DNA of 64,000 bases from Tricharina praecox (Eukaryota). A model generated the notes under the pieces. That model saw nothing but the letters and a program-made list of their open reading frames with translations, had not been told where the DNA came from and ran no database searches. The translations under genes were made by a program, and so were the position numbers. Where the stretch lies: assembly GCF_024521635.1 (NCBI RefSeq), contig NW_026250431.1, positions 62,001 through 126,000 of the forward strand. The letters are read 5' to 3'. Positions 13,377 through 28,389 of this stretch are shown here, piece after piece (within the stretch, counting starts at the first letter, position 1; every line of letters begins with the position of its first letter).

Positions 13377-14178
13377 ATGCTTTCAATCGCCATGATCGAT
13401 CGGGATGAGAGCCTGATGGCGATGGGCCCGCAGACCTCTCTCTACTTGTCTGTTCAAGAACCCTCCATCACGATCCAGCTAGTGCAGAGCCCCGACGCTA
13501 AGTGGGACGTCACGATTTCGAATCCGGCAAGGTATGTGCATCCCACCAGATCTATATACTCTTTGCTTACGGCACAAAGTTTGAGGAGATGCCCAAACGA
13601 TGATTGTGCCTTCAATGATATGATCCGCCGTGGCATCGAAGAAACAATTGACTATATCTACGCATTGGAGCCTCCGACAGACAAGTATCCCGAAGACTGG
13701 GCAAAGGCCACGTTCGAGTTCTTTGCCATCGGCGACGGCGGGTACGGGATCAAGCTTACCGGCTTTGCCATGATGCAAACGCCGATCATCACCGATGTCA
13801 ACCCTGCGGAAGACGCAAACTCAACAATGTTTGCTCTCGAAGAGGACTCGGCGGAGCCGGGCGCGACCGAAGCCCAGCCGAGACTGGCGATCGAAGATAT
13901 CCCTACGCGTGCGACCGAAGCGGGGCAGGATCTAGCACTCCGTGATATCCCTCCGCTTGACCGAAGCGGGGCAGGATCTGGCTCTCGATAATATCACTGA
14001 GGCTGCGGGACGAGATACCTCTCCACCCCCGGCGAGCATCTGGGAGGTTGGAACTGTTGTTGGGATAAACAATGACATCGGATGGCGGTGTCAATTCTGT
14101 ATGTTCTTCCACCTCTCCAGCCGGTGCATACAATTATCTAACCCCCTCCAGGCACCCAGGAGTATCCAGCGGATGTGA
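13377..14178 (+). CDS. Intronless hypothetical protein (ORF 13377-13991) with three 48-bp TEAGQDLAL-type repeats; apparent frameshift near 13958 continues to 14178
   Basis: Long open frame of about 200 aa from the ATG at 13377. The third repeat copy lacks 2 nt and the TEAGQDLAL motif continues in the other frame. Confidence 0.55.
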
Positions 14179-17100
14179 TTTTCTTGGCAGCTGCGCATCG
14201 TCGAACCTCCCATTTGATCTTTGTGGATATGCGAGGCAGTGTGGGCATGTGAGGAAGTCTGGGCATGTGCGGCCGTGTGGGCATTTAAAGCAGTGATATT
14301 CGGCATGGATTTTTTTGGTTTGCGCGTTAGGGGTTTTGCTGAAGTGTAATGGGAAGGGCGGGAGTTTTCGACACAGTTTTCATTGCATACATGTATCTGC
14401 CTTCTATGCTTCCACTATCAACTCGATGTTCCCAAGGCATTTCCTTCGCGGTCAGTGATGGAATCGTTTTATTACACTAAAATCTGAGATGCTTCGGATG
14501 ATGGTTGCGTGGCTGACGGCAGCATCACATCGTCCCAACAGATCCGCGGCTTATTATTGCAAAGAGTAATGAAGCAGCAGGCAACACAGATCCAAGAAGT
14601 CTGAACGGAGGAGAAAAGTATTCTTTCTACGCAGGAATATCCAGAGCAGAAAGCTTCTAAAAGCTCTGTCGATAGTTCTCAAGGTGAAATGTCCGAACAA
14701 CGGTTGTTGAATAGATTCTTCAAGACTCTCCACGGTCCACCGATGCCGCTCATCGAGTGATACGCGATAGAGAGAGAATACTAATCTATTTCCCAAACAT
14801 CCTACTGAACTATGGCGAATTAAACTAACCATCTTGCCCTGCCAGGTTTGAGGAGGTTCGAAGTTGAAACCTCGATGCCGTACAGTCCGATGCGTCGCCA
14901 CTGCATACCGAAGCAAAAGCAATAATCGATCTACCGGCAATGACAGATATCGCCTACGAGCTTGCTCCTTCCTCCCCCTCATATCTCCCCTCATTTCCGC
15001 CGCACCGTTCTCTTGTGCAGCCTGGCGTCCCTGTTTTCGCTAATAACGACAGGTACATGGACCTCTACGCCCGCTCGGAGCTTTAGCTACCCAAACACCA
15101 GGGCGAGACACTCCCCCGTTTTTCAGCCCTGCCCTTTCGCGTTACGATCCCTTTCAACCATCTTTCATCTCTCATCCGTTTCATGGCGGTGAGTTACGGG
15201 CCTACGGCCGTGGTTGATGGCGAAGGTGCCAGGCTGCGCAGAATTGGTCTCGATGAGCGCATGTTCGGATTTCTCAGACGATGATGTTGGCGAGGGATCG
15301 CTCTGTACGTTTATCGATTGGTACTCGGTCCTCCGCCCAGTTTGTTCTGTTTCGGCCGCGGAGGTTGTGTTGGTAGAGGAGGTGAAATCTGCTGTGCGGC
15401 CAATACTGGCTCCGGCATCGGCACGCGGGATTCCCGGTTATCCTACACCAGCGTGTGAATTTTCTGGCTCATCGCATCCATTAGGGCCTGAACGTCGTTC
15501 GTGTCGGGTTACATGTCTCGCTTTGCTGATGTAAGGTGTTTGACGGCTCCAGCTGACTATCGACCTCTTCGCGGAAGAGCCCATGATCGCCACCGAAGAT
15601 TATCTGAAGCTTTGCCGTGAGTACATTGAGATTTCCGACAGCAGTCTGCGCGGGGGTACTGACCTGGTAATCAGTGTCGGACCGATCCTTTTCGCCATCA
15701 GATCCGATGATCCGACGCAGGGGAGGGTGGTTGGGCAAACGGCGAGCCAGGCGCCTTACGAGGCCCTAGCGGTAGGAGTTGGGCTGAAATTTCAAAAGGG
15801 GAAGGAATGAACTCGAAGAAAGCTTCATAGTCCCGGGCTCTACTGGCAAAAACGCGAGATGTCATTCACAGCTTGGTAGCGAGGGGTGAGGGAGAGAGGC
15901 GAGGGGCGAATGACGTCAATCACGTAAGTGACCTCTGGTCTTCAGTGACGGGGACTTACCAACGTACAGCGGCACGGAAGTAAACTTCGCCGCTCTCGTA
16001 TATATATTGTCGGCGGGTCGGTCTGTCCGGTCCATCATTCTTGTCATGAATTTCATAGTTTTACTTTTCTTAAATGTTCTTTTCTACTCGCACAAACCCT
16101 CTCTATCATCTATCACACTCTCCGTCAAACTCTCGAGTATAAGTTCACATTCGGTCAGCCGAACGTGACTTTTACGCATCAGCCTCCACCAAACTGTCGA
16201 GTTCAAACTCCTCTTTGGGCAGTCGACCCAGATTTCTACACATCAGCATCCCCTCTCTACTGTTTTCACATCACTCCTCCACAATAATTTCCACTTTCGA
16301 TCCGTCTATTCTCGCACCATCACCCCAACCTCTTCCCCCCATGCTCCCCCCTCTCTGAGGTTGCAGCGCATGCACCTCATAACACTCAAAGGGATCCGCC
16401 ACAGAACTGTCCACCGTTCCTACTCCCGCTGATGCGATGGTATGAGCACCATTAAACATCTCCCTCCAGTACGTTCATGATCAGCACTTTTTAGAGTCTT
16501 ACTGACATGATTACCATTAAAGTCCCCTGCTTTCCTGGCTTGGGAAGCAGCGAAAGAAGAGGAAGATAATCGTACCCTTCTCGGTAATCAAAGCGCTCCT
16601 GGACCCACCTGCGATACCACCGCAGTAAGTTTATTCGGAACCATTGTAGAACTTCTTACGAACATAAATGCGATTCAAGTCACCCTACTTCCCCAGTTGG
16701 GAACGGACATCAAACTTCCTCTCAACAGAGCGTTTCCTGTCCCGCCTGCGGTATCGCAGCCAGTTACGTTGTCACCCACGCTACCGCTTACCCTACCACC
16801 AACGCTGCCAGCGACTCTTCCCGCCACTCAATAGGCACCGCAGGAACTCGGCCGCAGAGGGCTCCAATTCTGAAAAAACCCAAGCGCTAATTGGATGGGG
16901 AATTGGAGCCCGCACAGTGATGGGCTAAGGCTTCGGAGACATCAAATCAATACGGCTACTGAGCGAACTACGTTTCTTTATGGAGGATCTCTGGGTGTTG
17001 ACTGTCTTGTTTACCACTGGAGTCCTTCCGTGAGCTCTCGAGAGTCTCATAGTCGATTCAAAGACGGTTCACAATCCATGGCTGTGACGGAGTGGCGCTC

Positions 17101-17369
17101 AGGCGCCGCCCTGGAAAAGGAAGTTCAGGAGGAGATGAAGGAAAGCGATCGCGAGTGAGGAGGACTACGCCGGCATGGAGGACGAGAGCGCGTCCTTCCT
17201 CCCCCATCCCCACACGGCGGATACAATCAACGCCATCGGCGTCTCACCGTTCCCCTAATTAACGTCTGAGAATTCCGTGGCCACCGGAACTGGCGAGTTC
17301 ATGAAGCAGTACGCGCCATGGGGATTTGCAACCGTGTAGGTAGGACGAGGAGACTAAACCTGGAGGAGT

Positions 17370-17735
17370 TGCTTCGGAAATTTGAGAGGAAGTTCGAGCG
17401 GCGTCGCCCTGGAAAAGAAATTCCAGGGGGAGATCAAGGCTACCAAAGCCGAGGATAGCTCGGGTCGGCAAGAGGTGGAAAGAGGAAGGCGGAGCTGGAG
17501 GAATTACTTCTGGTATTTGAGAGGACGCTTGGGCGTCGCCCTGGAAAACGAGTTCCAGGAGGAGAGCAAGGAAACGGATGACGAGGACAGCTCGGGTCGG
17601 GAAGAGGTGGAAAGAGGAAGGCGGAGCTGGAGGAATTGCTTCTGAAATTTGAGAGGACGCTTGGGCGTCGCCCTGGAAAAGAAATTCCAGGAGGAGATGA
17701 AGGATATCAAAGCTGAGGACAGCTCGGGTCGGCAT
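17370..17735 (+). repeat. 132-bp tandem repeat (about 3 copies, partial copy near 17100), probably a decayed coiled-coil coding relic
   Basis: GCGTCGCCCTGGAAAA at 17401, 17533 and 17665. Encodes LEELLLKFER and VALEKKFQEEMK-like peptides in different frames, with stops. Confidence 0.75.
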
Positions 17736-17869
17736 TGACCGAATATACCCCGCGTCGAACATGGTAGATCTTGTTAAAGATCCGGAGATAGATAGGAGGA
17801 TTTGTAGGAACATATACCTGTTTTGTTGCTTGCTTCTTCTTTTGTTCCGGGTGGGTTTTTGTCATAGCG

Positions 17870-18110
17870 GATCCGAGCGAGCGAGGGAGAGAGAAGTGAT
17901 TGCTTAGATAGATACCAGAATGAGAATGAGCGGGCAACAGAGAGAGTGTATAACAAAAAACTAATTCCCGTCATATCCATTCTTCCAAGATCATGCCATG
18001 ATATCTCCTCGAGATATCCCCGGTTGATCATTCGTCAACTCCGCCAATTGATGCCCGAGATAATAAACAAGTCACAAGATTCCTTCACTGAAATCGGTTC
18101 CCTTCTGTAT
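17870..18110. repeat. Dispersed repeat, second copy at ~34650-34960
   Basis: Shared gagaagt.attgcttagata...agaatgagaatga.cgggcaacagagagagt...ccgtcat.tccat.ct.cc...catgatatctcc...gattccttcac.ga. Confidence 0.75.
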
Positions 18111-18307
18111 ACAAGCATAAGTCTGCCATTGGGAGATAGACTCCTATTGGTCCGGAAAAAGCGATAGAAAATGGGTTCCATATGCATATGATTTTTGGAT
18201 GGCCACCGAAAGCGCAATAGAAGATGGGTACAGTACTAGTTTTAAATGGTCACCGAAAGGGCGACGTAAGATGTGAACAATACTAATTTTGAATTCCTTC
18301 TCTGAAG

Positions 18308-18530
18308 CTACCTATCCATGATGGGAGTGCGCCCATTGAACTTTTTGATGCCCTCCAAAGTTTCAACACTCTCCGTACCTAGCGAATACCGACGATCAGT
18401 GAGAATCATTTTGCACTCAGAGAAGAGCCGTTCCACTTCAGCACACATGGCTGGAATAGATCTGTATCGGTCAGTAATGGCCATTACAGAGCTGTACTGC
18501 CCAATTATCCTTCCGGCGGCGGCCAAATGC
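18308..18530 (-). pseudogene. hAT transposase relic (C-terminal dimerization domain)
   Basis: SIPAMCAEVERLFSECKMILTDRRYSLGTESVETLE matches the hAT dimerization motif (P.xSAxxERxFS...RRxxL). Upstream frame is broken. Confidence 0.8.
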
Positions 18531-20328
18531 GGTATTGCTCTGTACCGCGTGATACTGAGTGTGGCACTGTTGTACTACCAAAACGTGTGCTCCCAGTGGC
18601 GGCCGCAGGTAATACTCGGCGATGGTCGACTACTGCGTGCCCGGTACAAGACAGTACCGTAGCCTGGCAGTAAATGGCCTGCAGTTCGAATCGGTACTCC
18701 GCATTACTAATAACTACAGTGCAGTACAATCTGAGAAGGGTTCGCTCTTGCTGATTAGGACCTGGAAAGGTGCAGGTTGCATGTCAGTGCCCTGCACCTT
18801 AAGAAGTCTTTAATATGCCAGCCAAAGGTGAAATTATAAGCCTCACTGAACTGTTGGGCCTAGCAGTTTTCCCGGTTCAAAACCCGGCTGTTCGTTCCGT
18901 TTGCCAGTTGGTTCATTTCACTACTCCCCAACAGTTGGTTGGTCTGGGAACGACCCCAATTTGTTCCCAGTTAGAACTGTTGGAGGGTCTGATGCCACTC
19001 TATGCTGCGCACAGTTATCGGTCAGGCTACAGTTCTCGCAGCTGAAGTCGTGAGACAAACAATCCAACGAAGGGGAGGTCACAGAGACGCAGGCGTCATC
19101 ATGCGGGATCACGCGGCTCTATCGGCCCGATGGAAGAATTATATCCCCTGCGTAGGAACGCCGGTGAACAGCTACGGATCATATCAATGATCAAACGACT
19201 GTCAAAGCGGAAAGTAAAGCTCTGTATGCAAGGACTTCATTGTGGAAAAAAATCACCGAAACCGCTGGAGGAGGGAACCAACCAACCAACCAATTCCCTT
19301 CCACACCCGGCCAGCGCGCAGGAGTGTCCTCCCTTTAATTATCCGTTCGCGTGAGCCCCCGACATATGCATATAGTAATTCAGTGCCTCAGTCTCCCAGT
19401 ACGGCAGGCGGTGTCGCTTCGGGAAACGGGGCTGTTCCGGGCAAACAGAAAGCTATATCGTCGCTTCTTGTGTAGAGGAAATCTCCGAGGGATATGCGAC
19501 GAACGGATATTCAATGGTGCCGCACATTTACCAAATACCAGGCCAGACCCACGCTTGGTAGTTGCGCTTTGTCGAATACAAGGTGAATAAACATGATGAT
19601 AGTATTCGGTACAGAAACAATATTGTTAGTAGCGAGCTCACTCTATATACAAGCTTTATAACTAGGAAGTCTCTGCATCGATCCCTTCGGAGTTCCGTGC
19701 TCAGATACCCCATTAGAGTACGCTGAGGACATCGACATCTCCGGACCTCCCATATTCTGACACGCTTAAATGCGGGAAATGATTTTGGACATGCTGGAAA
19801 CCTAACTTCATATTTCTACGTGGCTTCAAGATGTGATTAGGGATCTGCCCTCTCGCCGTCTTTCTATCTTCACTGTCGTCGTCGCACAAATAAGTACGAT
19901 CTCATCACTCTTCCTTCTTCACCTCATTAAACAAGCCGGACATCCACGACATCTGCCTCCAACTGCATCCACGAGGAGCTGCACGAATCACGACTTACAT
20001 CCACAACATCTACCTCTACGACATCCACGACAGCTGCCCCCAGCTGCGTCCACGAGTAGCTACGAGGATCACGACCTGCATCCATGACATCTACCTCTGC
20101 TTGCATCTACGACGACCTACGACATTCACGACGCCTTCACCGTACTGACCACTACTACCAACTTCGTCAACACCTACTACAACCTACACGCACTACTACA
20201 ACCTCACTACTACACCGTCAAGACGCCGGTTTGCACGACCTGCCGTATTGCGACACGTCCGTGGCCTACGGTAGCGGACTCATGTTGAAGCCTCGCGGCC
20301 ATAGCCGCATCCGCAGGGCCTGTCTCCC

Positions 20329-21894
20329 TAGGGTACAAGGAACGCGGCAAGCCGCATTTAAACAAATGCGAGTCTGCTTGTAACCTGGCTATTACCACAA
20401 AGTGCGGCTCATTTGCACTGGCAATTCAGGCTTCTGCTCATAGACCGGCATGTTTCGACAAGTTGCAATTTTTATTTGGGCGAAGCCGAGTCGATAGGCG
20501 GTTGATAGTAATTGCGGCTAGTTCAAGATAGCGAAGCCAAGTCAACAGGCGGTTGTTAGTAATTGCGGCCAGCTCACGATGGTAAAATTGGGCGAAGTCG
20601 AATCAATCAGCGGTTAGTAGTAATTGCGGCAAGCTCACGATGGCCAAATTGGGCACTTATACTTAACATGGCTGTCGGTACTCAATGTGTCGATTGGACA
20701 GAAGCCTAATTTGGCGTTGAGGCGTAAACAGGCGATTAGCAGTCAATGCAATGTCTCTCCACCACTCTCTTCGGGCATCTGTTGGTAAAACGATACCTTA
20801 CTGCTCATTCGGCTTCTGGATTGAGTGATGAATAGGCTTCGATATATAAATGGAGCATTTCCTCCTTATTTGGCTGACCCACGATTCGTGCCCCGCGAAA
20901 TTCGCCCCGCCATGCCCACCAACGTTGATGCCCGCAGCCCACTACTAACCACATTCACTTCCTCCCGCCGACAGCTCCTCCATCACTTCCTCATCTCGCC
21001 AACAGCTCCTCTTTCCCTTCCTTCTCTTGCCGCAACTCCTTCTCCCGCCGCAACTCCTCCTCTCGCTGACAGCTATTCCATCACTTCCTCATCTCGCCAC
21101 AACTCTTCCTCTCCTCCTCTTCTCTCCACCCCTCGCTGACAACTCCTCCTCCCCTCCCCTCGCTGACAACTCCTCCATCACTTCTTCATCTTGCTGACAG
21201 CTTCTTCGTCACTTCCTCCCCACGCCCACAACTCCTCCATCACATTCTCCCCTCGCTGACGATTATTACATCACTTCCTCCTCTCGCTGACAGCTCCTCT
21301 ATCACTGAGTCTTCCTCTCGGTCCCCCTCTCGCTTCCCCGCTGTCATCGCCGGCACTAACAGACTGTGTATTCAGCATGCCGGTCAGTTTGATGTGTGCT
21401 AAGATGACGGGATGGAATCCGGCGAGCGGGGGAGAGCGAGAAAGAGTGGGGGGAGAGGGGGAGAGCGGGGGAGAGTAGAGGGGAGCACATACGAGGCGAG
21501 CAGCAGTAGCTACATAGAATCACCGCAATATCAAACAGCAGTTTTCGCTCATATAATCGTTTAGGTCAGCCATATAAGCACCCAAAAGCCGAATATTATC
21601 AACGCCAGTTGATCAACTGTGCCCTATGATGGCCGGAGTAGAGCCCTATTATGGCCGGATTATGGCCGGAGTAGAGGCGGAATATGGCCGGATTATAGGC
21701 GGACTATGGCCGTAGTAGAGGCGGCATATGGCCGGATTACAGGCGGAATATGGCCGGAATATGGCCGGATTAGAACCCTTGATGGCCGGATTAGAGCCGG
21801 ATGATAATCACCTTTTTTTGCCTATTTATCGACAGCCAATTTAGGGCGCGCCGATTCAGGGTAAATGCGAAAAAGCCGCATTACCGGTACCCTA
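20329..21894. mobile_element. Non-autonomous TIR element (~1.57 kb) filled with internal tandem repeats
   Basis: Imperfect ~35-bp TIRs (TAGGGTAC..AAYGCGGC..CGCATTTA). Internal ~55-bp repeats at 20475-20655, ~30-bp CTCGCTGACAACTCCTC repeats at 20960-21310, and TATGGCCGGA repeats at 21625-21800. Confidence 0.6.
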
Positions 21895-22770
21895 GGGTCT
21901 CTTTTACCACGGAGAGAAGTCCGCTGATGGGTGCGAGTACATCTGTCCTCGCTGCGACGGGCTGAGAACTGTTGAGCTCATTGGCTAGAGATGCCGGCGT
22001 TGCTTTCTGCTGCGATGAATAAGGAAAAATCCAGCAGCTCGGGGTGTTCATTGGCGATCTCGGGGTATTCTTGGAGGAACTGATGATAAATAAAATGGGG
22101 CCTGGTATTGAACTGTTTTTCGCGTGATTCGAATTACATTTGTCCTGTAATCCCAGATATGGGGACAGTATTGCAAAGCCTGTCTGTTAGCCGCATCCTC
22201 ATTATCGAAACATTAACCAACTTCTACACGGAGTAGTTGGCAGCCTGCAACCGTCTTCCCGGCGTGGCTGCCAGCTGGTGCGCAATGGGTGGCGTAGGTG
22301 ACATACATTACCCTGCTGGTGTTTGGCTCGGGCTCGGCCTCTTGATGGCTGGTGCTACTCTAGATCTTGCACATTTATGGCGGCCAACGGGGGTTTGAGG
22401 ATTTCTCGCGGGGATTTTCACTTCTGCCACCTATGTACTTACTTACTTCTGGTTTGCTTTCAGTACTTTTGCGTCGGGGTTTTCTTCCCAAGATTGTGAT
22501 GATGGTACTCCATCCAAGGCAGCTAGAGGCGCATCTCCAAGGTGAATCCAGTGGTGAGGCTCTGCAGCCAATCCAGTACAGAGGCCCTGGCAGCGAATCC
22601 AGTACTCAGTCCACGCCAGCGAACCCAGTACCGGGTCCCTGGTAGCAAATCCAGCAACCCAGTACAGAACCATAACAGCGAATCTTGTAGAGAGGCCATG
22701 GCAGCGAATTTAGCAATCCAGTACAGAGGACTTTTTCCACAGCAGGACGACAAGGCAGGCAGGGCGAGTA

Positions 22771-22925
22771 GGACGAGCTGGACGAGCTGGACGAGCTGGA
22801 CGAGCTGGACGAGCTGGACGAGCTGGACGAGCTGGACGAGCTGGACGAGCTGGACGAGCTGGACGAGCTGGACGAGCTGGACGAGCTGGACGAGAAGGAC
22901 GAGCAAGACGAGAAGGACGAGTAGG
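22771..22925. repeat. 9-bp minisatellite (GGACGAGCT) with 13 perfect copies; related 9-mers at 23145-23280 and ~30-bp repeats at 22540-22740
   Basis: Directly visible in the sequence. Confidence 0.95.
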
Positions 22926-23364
22926 ACTGCCAAATATAGAGAGATAGATGTGAATAGATTGATTATCATGATGATGCTCTTGTCAAGGAGCACAGGATCT
23001 CTGTAAACAAGTAGGGTGGATCCTGGAGCGTTTGCTCCAAGCATCCGCCGCCCGTTCCGGGAGTCAGACGCCCGAGATGAGGTCCATGTCCACTGAGAAT
23101 TCCCCGTGGTCTCCCCGGACGTCCGACTTTTGACAAGGACAAGCCGGACGAGTAGGACGAGTAAGACGACTAAGACAAGTAAGACAAGTAAGACAAGTAA
23201 CATGAGTAAGACAAGTAGGGCGAGTAGGGCGAGTCGCAGGAGTAGGACCAGGAGGATGAGTCGCAGTAGGACGAGGAGGCTGTTTCCGCAGCCGGGCGTG
23301 AAGGACGAGAGGGACAAGGAGGGCGAGGAGATAATTTGCATAGCAGGACGAATAGGACGAGCAT

Positions 23365-23620
23365 CCTTCCCTCGGCCAGTCTTCTTTCGGACCTCCGTCC
23401 AAAGGAACTTCTGTTGCTCCCGCCACTGCGGCTGCGCGCAATTCTTGAACAGGTGTTCTCGGGTCTGGGTCTTGTACCGGCACCACCACCACTCTGCCGT
23501 CAGTCGGGTTTTTGTCCACCCCAAATGGTGGCCTGTTATGGCATGGCCTGTTTTGGACTGGTAGTATCTTGCGGCGACCCTCTTTCCGCTGTCTGCAATT
23601 GTCATGTCCACGCAAGCAAC
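23365..23620 (-). mobile_element. 5'-truncated non-LTR retrotransposon (LINE) ORF2 C-terminal relic
   Basis: YQSKTGHAITGHHL...WWCRYKTQTREHLFKNC...LWTEVRKKTGRGKD resembles the TGH...CxxC...HL..C zinc-knuckle end of fungal LINE ORF2. Confidence 0.7.
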
Positions 23621-23929
23621 TAAGCAACGAGTGAGGTATCACCACAGCCACAATAACTCGGATCGGATGATGGAGAACCCTGGGCCCCTCTGTGAGCAGT
23701 CGTCGACTCGCCCGTGGCCTGCTGCTCCCTTCAACAACCAGTATGACATCCGTTTCGCTCCTATACTACGCACTTCTGGGAAGGTTCGCGTCACATTTTC
23801 AAAAGATACTTGCACCCACCAGCCCTTAAAACTAGTGAGTTGTGAATTGGCCAATACTCAGCTTTCCAAAACACCACTTACATTCAGTCTCCCGTCGCGG
23901 GAGATCCCTAATCACACCCAGCATTACTC

Positions 23930-24345
23930 AGACCCCAACCCTTCTATACTTCAACCCCCTCTCCCCTCCTCCCTTCTTTCCTTCACACCTTGCAACCAAC
24001 GCACACCCCGCAACGTCGAACAATCAACCAAAACCCATAACCCACAATCCTCATCCACCTCTGACTCTCGTCTCTTCTTCTTCTTGTTCTTCTTCTTCTT
24101 CTTCTTCTTCTTCTTCTTGTTGTTGTTCTTCTTCTTCTTCTTGTTGTTGTTGTTCTTCTTCTTCTTCTTCTCACGAAGGTATCGAATCGGGCTTTATCTT
24201 CGTCCGCAACACACAATGAACAGCTCAATCGAACGCATGTACGTGTTTTCCGACTGACAGTCACTTACAGCTCTTCGTTTTGTTAATCGCCCTGTAGGTC
24301 TGACGACGGTGGGACTGGATGGTCGGCAAGATCACCGAAGAGGCC
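23930..24345. repeat. Direct segmental duplication, partner at ~26900-27190; this copy carries an expanded (TTC/TTG)n tract at ~24072-24172
   Basis: Shared aatcctcatccacctctgactctcgtctcttc...cacgaa.gtatcgaatcggg...gaacagctcaatcgaacgcatg...ggtcggcaag.tcaccgaa. Confidence 0.85.
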
Positions 24346-24601
24346 CCGGCCATCATCACCAAGCTCACGGAGCGCACGGAGACATGGGTCGTCAAGATTG
24401 TCAAGATCGTCAAGGGTACTGTCACCATCATTTCCTGGTCGGGCATCGACGTCACCCTTCTGTGACGCATCGAGGAGACGGCAAAATCCCTTCCGCGAGT
24501 GTTGGTCGTGGGAGACGGGTTACTCAAACAACACTCGCTACCAGATAACGAACGTCAAGGGTACCGTCACCACCATCTCCTGGTCGGTCATCGACGTCAC
24601 C

Positions 24602-24776
24602 CAGTGTTCTACATAGACCAGTCCCGACCAAATTTGGGCATGGTCGGGTCGGGCCGGGATATATCTCGACCAGAAAAATATCAGGTCTGCTCGGTTGGGT
24701 TATATCCCAACTGGCCAAATCCATAGTCAGGTCGGGATATATCCCGACCGACCGGTCTGATCTATGTAGAACACTG
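24602..24776. mobile_element. hAT-type MITE (175 bp) with intact 8-bp target-site duplication
   Basis: Perfect 16-bp TIR CAGTGTTCTACATAGA. TSD ACGTCACC at 24594-24601 and 24777-24784. Internal CCCGAC/GTCGGG repeats. Confidence 0.92.
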
Positions 24777-25172
24777 ACGTCACCCATCGGTAAAGCATCC
24801 AGTAGCCGGCAAAATTACTTTCCGGAGTCTTGGTTTTGGGAGAGGGCGGGTTGCGCAAGCAACACTCATTACCAGACAAGCGGGAGCAAACAAACTTTCG
24901 GTTGGAGTTGTTTTCGACACCCAGTGCGCAGACCGCAGGCCGGCGGAAGCTGACGTTTGTCATCTAGCAGCATGGGGACCCTGTCGCGGTCAAGCGTGAA
25001 CGTCACTGGGTATGCAAGCACCGTCTCGAGAAGCGCAGCTGCCTCAACAGCAACAGCGACTCCGTCCGGCACCATCTGCGGAGTGCGCATGGCATCGCTG
25101 TTTGAAATGATGTCCATCGTCACTCCTGCTAGATTTGGATTCAGATTTTTCTTGGCGTGGGGAAGCTCGGTA

Positions 25173-26772
<1,600 letters not shown>

Positions 26773-27473
26773 TACTCGGTGACCTTGTGGATAGAAGACG
26801 TTGGGGAAAATAAGAAAGGTAAGATGCTATGAAGCGTGCATGATATTAGTAGGCTTCACAAAGACTAATGGAAAGATAGGCAGACTCTTCACACTTTGCA
26901 ACCAATCGACATCCCGCAACGCAGATCCGTACCTTCAACCACAACCCAGAACCCGCAATCCTCATCCACCTCTGACTCTCGTCTCTTCCTCTTTTTTTTC
27001 TTCTTCTTCTCACGAAAGTATCGAATCGGGGTTTTTCTGCGGCCGCAACACACATAGAACAGCTCAATCGAACGCATGTGTGTTTTTTCCGACTCACAGT
27101 CACTTACACCTCTTCATTTCTCTAATCTCCCTGAAGGCCTGACCATGGTTCAAGATTGGAACTGGAAGGTCGGCAAGGTCACCGAATCGGACCCTGCTCT
27201 ACATGCCATGCGTCCAGAGGATGCTCACACAGATGGCAATACGCCGAGGTCGAAGTAGTAGGCATAATATTGGCAAGTCACCGAATGCGAACAGTCTACC
27301 CGGCACATATACAACGTGAAACCAATTGCAATTGGATCGCACACAGTTACGCCAGTTCCCCCATACCGCAAACCCCTCAGAAAACAAAGAAGTCAAGCGG
27401 TCAGGAAAACGTCAGCGAACCACCCCCCGAACCTCCCCCCGTTGTCCCTGATCGTGTGCTTCAGCCGTGAGGC

Positions 27474-27706
27474 CTACTTCGTCACTCCCTCATTGCCTTT
27501 GTCGCCCTCGTCACCCTCGTCGCCCTGGGTAGTCACCATTTTCAGCAGGGTCCTAGCAGTTGGTTCTGGGTGGGGGGTGGGGGGTGGCGACTTACGCAAG
27601 GCAGGCAGCCTCCGCAGCTGCCGCCCTCGCCGCAGGAGCACCTCTTGGGGCCGCCGCATCCGCACATGCAGACACGGTCAACGAGCTCGATGGGTCCAGA
27701 GATCAT
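27474..27706 (-). CDS. Metallothionein-like small Cys-rich protein, copy A (53 aa; exons 27596-27706, 27474-27524)
   Basis: MISGPIELVDRVCMCGCGGPKRCSCGEGGSCGGCLPC|GDEGDEGDKGNEGVTK*; phase-0 GTAAGT...CAG intron. Confidence 0.8.
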
Positions 27707-28389
27707 CTTGTTTGTTGGTATTGTTGTTGTTAGGGACGTAGAAATCATTCGTTGGTTGGGTGCGTGGTATGAAGGTATCGAAATAGAGAACTTGTTGATT
27801 TGGATTCGATTGATTTGTTGTATGATGGTTTGAAGGTAGGCGACGTGAAGAAGGAAGGGTTGGGAATGCGGAGGTGGAGGGAATATTTAACCTATTTCGA
27901 GCGGCGAAAAATGAACGTAGAATGGTAGATCGGCGGCTGATTACCGAATGGAACACAAAGCCTACTAGCTTTTTTTTTGTTTCATCATTCACTGCGTGCG
28001 GCCTTATCTAGATCATGGCAATATGCACACGCCATTTCCTTGTACATTGCCCAACCCGACATCGAACAGTCCACAGTGGCTCGTGATGGCTGCCTTTCTT
28101 ACCCCCGTGCCAAAAACTGTCAGATGTAGACGTCCGATCGCTCGTGGAGTTCTGGCGCCGGAGGTGGCGCCGGAGCTTGTCCGAGTCATATCTGGTGCCG
28201 GACGACTGGCGACCGGATCTTAGGCGTCTGGTGCCCTGGGCGTGATGGGGTTTACGAGCAACCCGCCGACAGGACGAGCCTGGAGGCCATCTAGATAGCA
28301 CATGTATATGGAGGACCCACTGCCGCTGCGGAAGACAGACGATAATCAAGATCTAATACTCCTATATTTGACGAAAACAAAAGCCATCA

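Noticed and set aside
22523..23611. 362-aa ORF with LVQ/LVL 'transmembrane' repeats
   Set aside because: Chimera of a LINE relic and stop-free 9-bp minisatellites
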